In this document: piece by piece, positions 35,456-44,747 of the stretch | How positions within the stretch are numbered: the stretch's first letter is position 1 | How the letters are laid out: each line of letters starts with the position of its first letter | Origin: Escherichia phage vB_EcoM_Lh1B | Strand: one strand, 5' to 3' | Length of the DNA stretch: 64,000 nt | Sequence record: OK428535.1 | Translations under genes and position numbers: made by a program | Notes under the pieces: generated by a model | Database searches by the model: none | What the model saw: only the letters and a program-made list of their open reading frames with translations | What the model was told of the DNA's origin: nothing

Positions 35456-35472
35456 TCTTAAGGAGTATGTAA

Positions 35473-35835
35473 ATGCAAATCGGCTTCTTCTTTAATCGTC
35501 ACGGAATCGTGTTTGTTTGTGGTGTTCCGGATAGTGACGGGAGACGTGTACNCANNTTAGAACTCGACGAAACATCTATGGTNGNGTGGAAAGAGAAACT
35601 TGCNCCCTTCGCAGAAGGTAAGTTTCAACTATTGCAACTCTACACGCAAGCTGCGTCGCCACGCGTGGCTTTCTCTAGGCTTGGGGACAGTGAAGACACC
35701 ACACACCTGGTTATCTTCAGTGGGCAGCCTGGTCGTGTATTGAGCGAATTATTGATGGGATTCAACCCGCCTAGCAAGCCCAGGATGAATACGTACAATG
35801 TGCACGACAGTAGTCAAATTCTTATTCTTCGATAA
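35473..35835 (+). CDS. hypothetical protein (120 aa)
   Basis: AAGGAGTATGTAAATG start context. Confidence 0.55.
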   Translation: MQIGFFFNRHGIVFVCGVPDSDGRRVXXLELDETSMXXWKEKLXPFAEGKFQLLQLYTQAASPRVAFSRLGDSEDTTHLVIFSGQPGRVLSELLMGFNPPSKPRMNTYNVHDSSQILILR

Positions 35836-35883
35836 TTTACGGCCACGGCTGTACGTATGTAAAAGACCTCAAGGAGAACTATA

Positions 35884-36303
35884 ATGAACAATATCGCGTT
35901 TGAAAAAGGCGTTGGCTTACTTCTGAACAACACCATCGTCGCTGGCACTAATAACGCNAACTGGGAAGCGTTAGCACAACGTCTCAAAGACAAGCCGGTG
36001 AAAATCGTGGTGACGAGCGAGTTACCGTTAAACGGCACAATGGCAAACTGTGGTCCAATGTTTGCAGCGTTTAATGTCGACTATGATTGCGGCTCCGCTT
36101 TCTTACAAAACGCCGCGTTACGTAGCCGTCTGTACAGCTGGCGTTTACTAGGTCCGGTAAGTAAAGCCGCAGGTCAAATGGTTAACCAGGGAACACCGAT
36201 GTCGGGTGTAGAAGACCAGACTATCGCCGTTGTCGTTTCTCGCGCAACCGGCCAGCTTAACTTTGCAATCTGCTACGCGTATCAGGAGGAGGAGTATGTT
36301 TAG
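35884..36303 (+). CDS. hypothetical protein (139 aa)
   Basis: AAGGAGAACTATAATG start context. Confidence 0.6.
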   Translation: MNNIAFEKGVGLLLNNTIVAGTNNXNWEALAQRLKDKPVKIVVTSELPLNGTMANCGPMFAAFNVDYDCGSAFLQNAALRSRLYSWRLLGPVSKAAGQMVNQGTPMSGVEDQTIAVVVSRATGQLNFAICYAYQEEEYV

Positions 36304-37156
36304 TATCATTCAGCAAGTTCAAGCGGTCGAAGAGTGGTTTCGGCAAGCGGATATTTACCAATACGGGACACGCGAGCAGCAGCTAGCCAAGTTCTATCGC
36401 ACATTAGGCGACGTCGCTGAAGGTGTGCAGAAGATGGACAACTTGAAAGTGGCGGCGGCCATGGGTCGCTCTCTTTGGGCGTTCGTTGGTCTGTTGCACT
36501 TCGGCAAGCACACGAACGTGGGAGATTTCGTTATTCCACTGGATGCAGCTATAAAAGACCGCACCACGGGAAACACCAAAGAGTTCCGTCTTCATAACCT
36601 TTTTGTTGTTGCCACCGAAGTGGTTGGACTCATATTGCAAGATGAGCACGAGCCCCACAGCTACGTTACCGAGCTGCATAGTTTGGCGCGACAATACCGA
36701 ATGTTGGCGCGTATCTGCGGCCTGGAATTCGGCCGTGTAATATACAACGGACATCGTGTGCTAATCAACACGAAAGGTGAAATGAACGGCATCGGGTTGT
36801 TTGTTCCCGCGTCTGATGATTTTACTGGCGATAAATTGCCTGGTTCTAGACAGATGTCTGGGCCAGCCATCTGTCTGATGTTCCAGACTGTCCTGGACAG
36901 TTGTGTCGCTACGCACCTTGCGCCCTATTGCCACCGGCCGTTTAAACGCGACGAGTTGCCGACAATCAATGCTGCACTCGCAACTACGTTAAACGAACTG
37001 CTGGACAAATATGTTCGTGACTCAGTGCGCTGGAATCGTATCCTGTTCGAACGTGTACCTGAAATAACCGCAGCCTACACAGATGGCGGTGTGAATGTGG
37101 TGATGAATGATGATCTACTTTACTTATTTGAAAGCTTAAAGAGGGATAGTATCTAA
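36296..37156 (+). CDS. hypothetical protein (286 aa), possibly all-alpha NTP pyrophosphatase-like (weak)
   Basis: Start set to ATG 36296 (AGGAGGAGG upstream); stop overlaps thyA start (TAATG). Confidence 0.6.
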   Translation: MFSIIQQVQAVEEWFRQADIYQYGTREQQLAKFYRTLGDVAEGVQKMDNLKVAAAMGRSLWAFVGLLHFGKHTNVGDFVIPLDAAIKDRTTGNTKEFRLHNLFVVATEVVGLILQDEHEPHSYVTELHSLARQYRMLARICGLEFGRVIYNGHRVLINTKGEMNGIGLFVPASDDFTGDKLPGSRQMSGPAICLMFQTVLDSCVATHLAPYCHRPFKRDELPTINAALATTLNELLDKYVRDSVRWNRILFERVPEITAAYTDGGVNVVMNDDLLYLFESLKRDSI

Positions 37157-38187
37157 TGAAACAGTATCTTGAAATGATGCAGAATATTCTGGATGAAGGG
37201 CATGTTAAAGGCGATCGTACTGGGACAGGGACGCTCTCCGTCTTTGGTCGCCAAATGCGTTTTGATTTGCGCAAAGGTTTCCCGTTAGTCACGACTAAGA
37301 AACTCCACCTGCGTTCTATTATTCACGAACTGCTGTGGTTCCTTAGTGGCGATACCAACACCAAATATCTGGAAGATAACGGCGTTACCATTTGGCGGGA
37401 GTGGCAAGATGAAAATGGGAACCTTGGCCCCCTGTATGGGGAACAGTGGAGACGTTGGAAAGATGTGAAACTGGTGCCTAAGAAAAATGCAGCTTTACTC
37501 GAGAAACTGCAAGATGCTGGATACGTGGATTATGGCGACGCGGACGACGGTTCACAAATGTTCGATGCGCGTGTACTTCTGAAACTACACGACCAAATCT
37601 CTAAGGTGATTGACCAACTGCGTAACGATCCTGACAGTCGCCGTATTATTGTCAGCGCATGGAATGTGGGTGAGTTGGATCAAATGGCGTTAGCGCCGTG
37701 TCATGCTTTCTTCCAATTTTACACTCGTGAGCTGTCTATCGACGAGCGGGTGAATTGGGCAGAAGATAACGATAACGAACTCTGGTCTGATTATGTCCAC
37801 AGCACGTACGTACCCGCACCTAAGCGATTAGAGTGGTTGGATAAAGCCAACGTGCCAACCCGTATGTTGTCATGTCAGCTGTATGCACGTTCCCAAGACT
37901 TCTTCCTGGGAACACCGTTCAACATCGCGTCTTACGCATTACTCGTACACATGGTAGCTCAGCAAGTTAACATGGTCCCGGGCGATTTCGTTTGGAGTGG
38001 TGGTGACGTACATCTGTACTCCAACCATCTGGAACAGGCTAAATTGCAGCTGACGCGCCAACCTTTACCTTTACCGAAACTGGTCATCAAGCGTAAACCG
38101 GATTCTATCTTCGATTATAAGTTCGAAGATTTCGAAATCCGGGATCACGTATCCCATGAAAAAATATCTGCACCTGTCGCTATCTAA
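37156..38187 (+). CDS. thyA: thymidylate synthase (ThyA-type) with two in-frame insertions
   Basis: [38 protein letters not shown]...[18 protein letters not shown]...[32 protein letters not shown]...[29 protein letters not shown]...[10 protein letters not shown]...PKLVIKRKP...FEDFEI matches E. coli ThyA blocks including catalytic Cys and PFN motif. Confidence 0.9.
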   Translation: MKQYLEMMQNILDEGHVKGDRTGTGTLSVFGRQMRFDLRKGFPLVTTKKLHLRSIIHELLWFLSGDTNTKYLEDNGVTIWREWQDENGNLGPLYGEQWRRWKDVKLVPKKNAALLEKLQDAGYVDYGDADDGSQMFDARVLLKLHDQISKVIDQLRNDPDSRRIIVSAWNVGELDQMALAPCHAFFQFYTRELSIDERVNWAEDNDNELWSDYVHSTYVPAPKRLEWLDKANVPTRMLSCQLYARSQDFFLGTPFNIASYALLVHMVAQQVNMVPGDFVWSGGDVHLYSNHLEQAKLQLTRQPLPLPKLVIKRKPDSIFDYKFEDFEIRDHVSHEKISAPVAI

Positions 38188-38199
38188 TTAGGAGCGTTT

Positions 38200-38736
38200 A
38201 TGGCTGACAACGTCGTTCCATTCAAACCTAAAGTGGCGGTTGCTACGGACGAACCGCCGTTTATTCCTGTCAATGGACAGAAGATCATCGAGTTTCCAGA
38301 CGAACATCGTGGACAATTGCACGTTCCACAACCGGACGGGACGATGAAAGCTATCGGTTTCCCGATAGCTGAACAAGAATGGTGGACGCTTCTGGCCATC
38401 CAGATGATGTCGCGTGGTCTGGGTGTGTCTACGGAACCTGTCGTTCGCATTAATACCGACCCGTATATCCACGAACAAGGCAGTTGGATGGAACGACGTC
38501 GGACAATGGAGATGCAGATTAGCAAAGAAACGCTTTTGCAAATCGCAGAATCCACACCTTTCATCCTGACCTCATCTTTTAACGGGGATATGGATGAAGA
38601 CCTCTACATGCACCTTTCAGGCTTAGCAGCTGAGCACCGTATTGCAGAAGAAGAGCCTATCTATACCGAAGCGATGATTATCCATCCGACCGGCTTAGAA
38701 GGTAATACCTTTAAACTGATTTGGGTGGAGCTATGA
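38200..38736 (+). CDS. hypothetical protein (178 aa)
   Basis: ORF track; GGAGCG upstream. Confidence 0.65.
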   Translation: MADNVVPFKPKVAVATDEPPFIPVNGQKIIEFPDEHRGQLHVPQPDGTMKAIGFPIAEQEWWTLLAIQMMSRGLGVSTEPVVRINTDPYIHEQGSWMERRRTMEMQISKETLLQIAESTPFILTSSFNGDMDEDLYMHLSGLAAEHRIAEEEPIYTEAMIIHPTGLEGNTFKLIWVEL

Positions 38737-38984
38737 CTGACCGACTTACTAAAACAATTCGACTACCACAAGAGCGTAATGTTCGCAAAGGCGTTGTTTT
38801 AACGGGGGAACAACGGGTTGAATTAAAGGCCCTGTTCCCGGAACAAACCGATTATCATGTCGACCAAACGGNATTAAAAGAGTTTGCAAAGAACGCTCCT
38901 GAAATGCTGCTGCGTAAGAAAGAAGAAGAACTGAATATGCTCCGTAACAGCGTAGACGTTCTCTTTAAAACAATGGAGAAATAA
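38733..38984 (+). CDS. hypothetical protein (83 aa)
   Basis: ATG 38733 with GGGTGGAG upstream (track ORF begins at TTG 38721). Confidence 0.5.
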   Translation: MTDRLTKTIRLPQERNVRKGVVLTGEQRVELKALFPEQTDYHVDQTXLKEFAKNAPEMLLRKKEEELNMLRNSVDVLFKTMEK

Positions 38985-38985
38985 G

Positions 38986-39753
38986 ATGATGAAGCTCTTT
39001 GCGTTCTCCGATGAATTCTACACAGTGGAATTCGACGACTACGAATACGGGTTATTAGGGGCCGTCGACATGGAAGACGCTAAACGGCAGCTTCCCACTA
39101 GCGAAATAGAAATCATTGAGATTGGGGAAACTAATCTTAGTGGTATTTTGATGCTGGGGCGGCGACCNCGNCCTGNGGAACCNGNGNNGGAAAAANAGNA
39201 AANGNNANNGNTTTTTTTGGTTTTTGAGCCGAAAGACCCCGCAGCGATAGCGAAGGTAGTCGATACGTTACGGCCACAGATTGGCGTCGCGATTGAAAAT
39301 TATCGNTGGGCTCGTTTCTCAGGCGACACGCCGATATTTTCGAATAAGCACTGGTTGTTATGTATCAACAACGACACGATAATGGTACCGTTAACAGGGG
39401 AGAAGAATTTTGAAGATAACTTCGTCCCTGGCGAAGAGTCTGTTATCTTCGAGTATACCCATGTCATCGGAAAGCCGAGCTTCTACCAAGTTCTGATTGA
39501 TGTCTTGACTCACGTCGGTCGAACCATCGAATACCACTACTGGGCACGCCAGGCGCGTTCTAAATGGTTCTCGTTGACGTACGTCGAAGGTTGGGAACGT
39601 GTTGTTGAAAAGATTGACGGGCGCTATGAGCAGATTTGGTTCCTGAACCCGGCTTTCCGTGAAGAATTACCCGCATGGGTAAAAGAAGAGGCGAGCAAGC
39701 TGACGGTTGGCTTTACTAAGCAGGGCGCGCCGTATATGGTTAACTACAAATAA
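38986..39753 (+). CDS. hypothetical protein (255 aa)
   Basis: ORF track; n-masked segment. Confidence 0.65.
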   Translation: MMKLFAFSDEFYTVEFDDYEYGLLGAVDMEDAKRQLPTSEIEIIEIGETNLSGILMLGRRXXPXEXXXEKXXXXXXFLVFEPKDPAAIAKVVDTLRPQIGVAIENYXWARFSGDTPIFSNKHWLLCINNDTIMVPLTGEKNFEDNFVPGEESVIFEYTHVIGKPSFYQVLIDVLTHVGRTIEYHYWARQARSKWFSLTYVEGWERVVEKIDGRYEQIWFLNPAFREELPAWVKEEASKLTVGFTKQGAPYMVNYK

Positions 39754-39764
39754 GGTGAAAACAG

Positions 39765-40244
39765 ATGTCTATAACTCGGATCGATTATCGTGCCGTAGTA
39801 AAAGAACTGTCCAAAGGTCTTATCGAACTGGACTCCGATGAAGCCCGCAACTGTGGCTTCCTGCCACACATTGCACTGAGTGAGTTCCGTACCATCCGTT
39901 ACGGTGCCGGTCGTCAGAAGGGCGTTACAACACACACCGTTGATATGTCAGCAAAGTTCCACGGCAGCGTTCTGTATCTGGTCCACAATGAATCGTTACG
40001 AAACGAAGTAGTGGAGAAGTTCCATGAAAAGGCTGCCGGGAACGGTTGGTTGACCGTGCACTGTAACTACTTGCCTGAGGGTTGGAAACGCGCGACAGGT
40101 GCTGGTATATCCGGCTACGAGAAATTCGGCTTGGTTATTGTCGACGAAGCGGGTTTCTTCTTCAACAAGTTCAGTTACGATAAAATCTATCGCAGTCTGG
40201 TTGACGTAGTAACGCCAGACGTTGTGATTCACCTGATTAATTAA
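39765..40244 (+). CDS. hypothetical protein with P-loop-NTPase-like fragments
   Basis: YGAGRQKGVTT (deviant Walker A-like) and GLVIVDEAGFF (Walker B-like). Confidence 0.55.
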   Translation: MSITRIDYRAVVKELSKGLIELDSDEARNCGFLPHIALSEFRTIRYGAGRQKGVTTHTVDMSAKFHGSVLYLVHNESLRNEVVEKFHEKAAGNGWLTVHCNYLPEGWKRATGAGISGYEKFGLVIVDEAGFFFNKFSYDKIYRSLVDVVTPDVVIHLIN

Positions 40245-40256
40245 GTAGAGGAAAAT

Positions 40257-40445
40257 ATGGCTGGAGAACTCGGTCGTGGGCAAGCCACAACGTTCATGTA
40301 TCGTGATGGGTTAGGTGCGGATGTAAACATGTCTCCGGATGACGAGATGGTTATCCCTGGACTTGACCCCGACGCAGGTGTGGAAGGTGGCGTTGACCCG
40401 TCGAAAGACGACGACAACTGCACTGGTGGTGCGTGCAAGATTTAA
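40257..40445 (+). CDS. small highly acidic protein (62 aa)
   Basis: AGAGGAAAATATG start; about 13 Asp/Glu versus 4 Lys/Arg; followed by terminator. Confidence 0.5.
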   Translation: MAGELGRGQATTFMYRDGLGADVNMSPDDEMVIPGLDPDAGVEGGVDPSKDDDNCTGGACKI

Positions 40446-40455
40446 AATACGTATT

Positions 40456-40490
40456 AGGGTGTCCATATGGACACCCTACTTATTTTTTTG
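40456..40490 (+). terminator. intrinsic terminator
   Basis: AGGGTGTCC-ATAT-GGACACCCT hairpin followed by ACTTATTTTTTTG. Confidence 0.75.
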
Positions 40491-40507
40491 TTTAAGGAGC
40501 TATCAAA

Positions 40508-41449
40508 ATGGGCGAACGTTTCATTATCCAGATTCCGTATAACGTTATTGTTGAACCTAATCAGTACCTGGCACAGATTAATGAGCTTCTGGCTGGATTC
40601 TGCCAACGTCAGTTTGTTAAACCGNGGTCCTTTGANAAACTNTACACCCTNTGCGNGAACAGNGAAACCGGTCACACTTACGTCGAAGGTAAAGTCTTCA
40701 NAGGCNACCAGCGTTTGGAAANAAATGATTTCGAAATGCCGTGGACGTTGGAGGGTGTCGAATATCGTGGTACGGTTGATCGCCCGCGTTACGTGCCTTT
40801 GTACACCATCCCACAATGTATTACTAACGTTATGGGTTGGTCTAAAGCGCGTGGTATTCTGGATAACGGCGTCTGGTATAGCCAAGCCACCAAACTCTAC
40901 GAAGAAGACGGTGAAGCAGCAACCGGCATCAGCAAAACCAAAGAACGTCTTATCATGGACGGCCTAGGCGATGCAATGGTGGTACTGGTTAACTTGATGG
41001 AACTCATTAAGTTTGACTCAACCGATATCACCACATACGTCAACGACGCACGTTCAAAGAAACCACACGCCGGGAACAGTCATTACCTGTTCCACAAAAT
41101 GCGTTTCCATCTTACTTGTGCAGTTGATTATATCTGGGATCAGGCAGGCATCGACTCAGCTAAGCAACTCGAATATAAACACTTCGAGAACAGCGACGCG
41201 GTAATGATCGAATGTCACTTCGCGCAGATGGTCGAATACGCCAATGCGCTGGCTAATGCGTACAACATTACCCTGGAACAGTGCTTCTCACTGGCTTGGG
41301 ATGAAATCAAAGACCGTAAGGGTTTCCTGAACGCGGACGGTATCTTCGTTAAAGAAGCAGACATGACCGCTGCTGAAATCGAAGTAAACGGTTCCCTTAC
41401 TGTAAAAGATGAGGCGCTTACCGATGGCGAAGAAACTGTTCACGGTTGA
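40508..41449 (+). CDS. possible MazG-like NTP pyrophosphohydrolase (313 aa)
   Basis: YEEDGEAATGISKTKERLIMDGLGDAMVVLVNL and ITLEQCFSLAWDEIKDRKG resemble the MazG EExxE...GD and C-terminal helix motifs; N-terminal part n-masked. Confidence 0.5.
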   Translation: MGERFIIQIPYNVIVEPNQYLAQINELLAGFCQRQFVKPXSFXKXYTXCXNXETGHTYVEGKVFXGXQRLEXNDFEMPWTLEGVEYRGTVDRPRYVPLYTIPQCITNVMGWSKARGILDNGVWYSQATKLYEEDGEAATGISKTKERLIMDGLGDAMVVLVNLMELIKFDSTDITTYVNDARSKKPHAGNSHYLFHKMRFHLTCAVDYIWDQAGIDSAKQLEYKHFENSDAVMIECHFAQMVEYANALANAYNITLEQCFSLAWDEIKDRKGFLNADGIFVKEADMTAAEIEVNGSLTVKDEALTDGEETVHG

Positions 41450-41846
41450 TTACGATGAATACGTTGATCGTTTACTGGTCAACAATATCGTCTGGGAAGA
41501 CCACGGTCTAATGCCATGGCATCTGAAACTCCTAGCGGAGCGTTCAGAACAATGCGGTGGTTTGGAGTTCGTACTCACCGACACACCAATTCCGGTACCT
41601 CATATTGCGCCGGTAGAAAATCTGTACTTCTTCGATGCTAATGTGAAGTTATTACAGCAGGTACTCTATACGCATGACTGGCGTGGTGGTTGTCAGTTCC
41701 CAGAGAACGTTCTAAAGCTCTCTGAGCGCTTCGGCACCGACATTGCATACTGTCAAACGTTCCCAAAAGACTTGGGACGAAACAGCGTGGTACTGTGGTA
41801 TTACCCTCCGGTAAAAGACATCGTGAAAGTGATTATCGAACGCTAA
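41424..41846 (+). CDS. hypothetical protein (140 aa; start uncertain)
   Basis: ATG 41424 (GAGG upstream) or ATG 41409; overlaps 3' end of previous gene; followed by bidirectional terminator. Confidence 0.55.
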   Translation: MAKKLFTVDYDEYVDRLLVNNIVWEDHGLMPWHLKLLAERSEQCGGLEFVLTDTPIPVPHIAPVENLYFFDANVKLLQQVLYTHDWRGGCQFPENVLKLSERFGTDIAYCQTFPKDLGRNSVVLWYYPPVKDIVKVIIER

Positions 41847-41856
41847 AAAATAAAAG

Positions 41857-41900
41857 CAAACGAGTACCCCGTAAGGGGTACTCGCGTTACTTATTTTTTT
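41857..41900. terminator. bidirectional intrinsic terminator
   Basis: CGAGTACCCC-GTAA-GGGGTACTCG hairpin with A-run upstream and T-run downstream, between convergent gene blocks. Confidence 0.75.
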
Positions 41901-41902
41901 TG

Positions 41903-42454
41903 TTACGCTTGAGTCATGTCGGAGATGTCATAAACCAGACCGTTCAACTCAGTAACGGTGATCAGTTTACTGATATCGACACCATCGCTCGGAACTTCGG
42001 TCAAATAAACTTCAACCGTACCCGTCCACGCCAGTGACTTTCCATTGAAACGCAAATTGTGTTTCGTGGAAGACGTCATTGACTCGTTTGCGTAGATCTC
42101 CGATACGTCAATCATCCAGTTATACTTAGCCTGCAATAACGGGACAAGATCAGCAGCAGTAGATGCGCTACTACCGTCCACAGACAGCACCACGTTTTCA
42201 AACAGGTGGGCTACGTCCAATCGACGGTAAGTAAGACCCATCTTACCAAACGTACCTTTCTCAACGATACCAGAAACATCGAGACTGGTGTTCAGTCTGG
42301 TGTACTGTTCTGGGTCAGGATCGGCTGCGGTGATGTGCGACGGGTTACCGAACGACAATTTATCGATGGTCACGCCCTTACCAGTCAGTCCGGGATTCTG
42401 GGACACGATAAGATCGTAAACCAACTCTTTTGCGGTCTTTCCAAATAAACTCAT
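41903..42454 (-). CDS. hypothetical protein (183 aa), possibly structural
   Basis: Last gene of the minus-strand block before bidirectional terminator. Confidence 0.65.
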   Translation of the reverse strand: MSLFGKTAKELVYDLIVSQNPGLTGKGVTIDKLSFGNPSHITAADPDPEQYTRLNTSLDVSGIVEKGTFGKMGLTYRRLDVAHLFENVVLSVDGSSASTAADLVPLLQAKYNWMIDVSEIYANESMTSSTKHNLRFNGKSLAWTGTVEVYLTEVPSDGVDISKLITVTELNGLVYDISDMTQA

Positions 42455-42476
42455 AATGCGCTACCTCTGTGGTGTA

Positions 42477-44738
42477 TTATCGCGCTTGTGGTAGGAAAAT
42501 GTTCGCGATTTGTCGTGCCGGTATGATATCTAACGCGGCGTTGACGATGCTGCCCTGTGACCAGGNACTTGCCCNNTTCTNCGCCCAGATAGACGCGTTG
42601 ATTTTAGCCTGCGCGATACCGTTGGTACGCTCGTAAAGCGTGGCAGCACCCAACACAGACATAAATTCACTGAACTTGTTATCATCATCAAACACACCAA
42701 TATCAGTTACAATCGGCATGTACATAACACGCGACAGGTCGCGAATAGTTACCTGTATATCACACGACAACGGCAGACCGTCAGCACGCCACCCTAACCC
42801 ACCTGTACCAAACTGGAGACTCAAGTTAGTTACCATGGCATTACGCATGGAATAACGACCACGAGAATAACACTCCAGATAGAACGGGTGCGTAAACGAT
42901 TGTTTACCGGTTGCTAACGGGCAAACTGCCGCTAACCAGAACGACAACGGGACAATCAGATCCTGGAACACATCTAAGTCGTTACCCGACCAACAGCGAA
43001 GAGGAATGCTTAGCGAGATATCGTCACCTGAGGTGTCTGAGGAGTCCCACACTTCCGGGAAGTCAATCACTGACGAGTTGTACAGCGACATAATCCCTGA
43101 TAAATGCAAGAAATCGAGTGCGCCTGTAAAGGCGGACTTCAACCCAGTAATGAGACCATCGACTGCGTCGAAACCAGTCTTACCACCAGAGAGGTTTACT
43201 TCCAAAGAACGTGCTTTCTGTGTGGCGGAGTTAACCGTGCCAGAGATTTCAGGTTCTTTGGTGGTGTTGGAGAACGAACGCCCTACGGTATCACGTCCAT
43301 CAACACGCCAAGTAATCCACTGCGAACCATTGCGTATCTCCGAAGCGATGTTCGAAGTTAACCCATCCATAGCGCCTTCTAAAATATCGATATAGTCTTT
43401 GAAGACGCTACCGACAGATTCTTTCTGGCCTTGGTCCATCCAGTTTTCAATCTTCCCAATGTCGAGATTATTCTCATCCATTGAGTTTGCTTCGGTCTGA
43501 CTTTTAGCAACCTGAGCCTGGTTCTTTTCAACCTGTGCCATACGCTCGGCAAGCTCTTTACGTTGCGCATCACCTTCGTTTTCGAAGTTTTCAGCTTTAC
43601 CTCCTTGTGACTGAGCATCCTGAATGCTTCCGTTCATCCCTGCTACCAGTTCGTCTTCTTTGTTATCGACGTTTTCAAAACCGGCATCGTACCCTTTACC
43701 GGCTTTGGCTACGTATTCAAGGTTACGTAAAGAAACCTCGTACTGCGCAGCTTTCTCCAAATGGGTTGTTGAGTACGTCGCTTCCAGATAGAAGTTTCGC
43801 AAACGTCGAGCCATGTCCTCTTCGTTACTCGACTCTTTACGAATTTTATCGATGGTTTTCGCCTGGTAGTTGGCTAATGTTTGGTAGCGGTTAATCATTC
43901 GATAGATATCGAACTCACCATCAGCTGTCCAGATTTCTGGCAGCATGGAGTACCACTCTTTGCGGTCGCCGTTGTACTTATTAGCAGTACCGCCTTTCTC
44001 AGACCCATCTACAGCATTAGCAAGCTGGAAAGTCCCTAACACACCCGTTGGTACCAATCGGCGATAAACTAACTGGGTGTTGACCATATTCTGCACAGCG
44101 CGCAGATACAAGTGCATTGTCGGTTTCACGTAGTAGTAGCGAGAAGTCTGCTTGTTCAGCACCATCTTCAACATACGTGGTGTAATTAGAATAACCGCAA
44201 AGGCAACCGTACCTACCGCGGCCCATATTGCTGCGGCGGCAACATACGTCCCCATCGCACGTAACATACCTGGGTAGTCACCTGTGCGCGCCAGATACGC
44301 TAGGTTGGAATCGTACATATTCGCGAAGAATGCAGCGACCCCGATATATCGAGGTTTACCGAAACGACAATGAAGATAAAAACTGTTTTGGTTAATAGCT
44401 TCGTAATAGAAAGTACCTAGACGATAGGAACCACGTTGGTCTTGACCTTTAACGTACTTTGAGTACGAGCCACGACCTGCATCAGGTTGTGCAAAAGCAC
44501 CTGTTGAACTCGGATCAGCAAACATCGTAAACTGCGGCGGCGCATTTAACGCTTGCGAACCACCCATCGTGGTATCTTCAAACGAGAGCATCGCGTTAGA
44601 GTAACGACGCAAACCCAGGAAACGCTCATCGCGTTGTGCGGTTGTACCGCCAAACAGGCCGGTTACCCANCCNNAATCTTTTAGTTGTCTTGCTTCCATG
44701 TAAAACCTCTCTGTAAGATGATTAGGGGGTGTTGCCAC
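42477..44738 (-). CDS. hypothetical virion-associated protein (753 aa)
   Basis: Long minus-strand ORF immediately downstream of the giant gene; internal hydrophobic segment GTYVAAAAIWAAVGTVAFAVILI; coiled-coil-like middle. Confidence 0.75.
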   Translation of the reverse strand: MATPPNHLTERFYMEARQLKDXXWVTGLFGGTTAQRDERFLGLRRYSNAMLSFEDTTMGGSQALNAPPQFTMFADPSSTGAFAQPDAGRGSYSKYVKGQDQRGSYRLGTFYYEAINQNSFYLHCRFGKPRYIGVAAFFANMYDSNLAYLARTGDYPGMLRAMGTYVAAAAIWAAVGTVAFAVILITPRMLKMVLNKQTSRYYYVKPTMHLYLRAVQNMVNTQLVYRRLVPTGVLGTFQLANAVDGSEKGGTANKYNGDRKEWYSMLPEIWTADGEFDIYRMINRYQTLANYQAKTIDKIRKESSNEEDMARRLRNFYLEATYSTTHLEKAAQYEVSLRNLEYVAKAGKGYDAGFENVDNKEDELVAGMNGSIQDAQSQGGKAENFENEGDAQRKELAERMAQVEKNQAQVAKSQTEANSMDENNLDIGKIENWMDQGQKESVGSVFKDYIDILEGAMDGLTSNIASEIRNGSQWITWRVDGRDTVGRSFSNTTKEPEISGTVNSATQKARSLEVNLSGGKTGFDAVDGLITGLKSAFTGALDFLHLSGIMSLYNSSVIDFPEVWDSSDTSGDDISLSIPLRCWSGNDLDVFQDLIVPLSFWLAAVCPLATGKQSFTHPFYLECYSRGRYSMRNAMVTNLSLQFGTGGLGWRADGLPLSCDIQVTIRDLSRVMYMPIVTDIGVFDDDNKFSEFMSVLGAATLYERTNGIAQAKINASIWAXXXASXWSQGSIVNAALDIIPARQIANIFLPQAR

Positions 44739-44747
44739 CCCCTACGA

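Noticed and set aside
37156-38187. Group I intron or homing endonuclease inside thyA (as in T4 td)
   Set aside because: The reading frame is continuous and both insertions translate in frame; no intervening stop codons or endonuclease motifs.
42477-44738. Possibility that the 753-aa protein is the phage-nucleus shell protein (chimallin)
   Set aside because: It sits in a minus-strand unit with the giant virion transglycosylase protein and has an internal hydrophobic segment; nothing in the sequence specifically supports a shell protein. No tubulin-like GGGTGSG motif (PhuZ) was seen anywhere in the window either.
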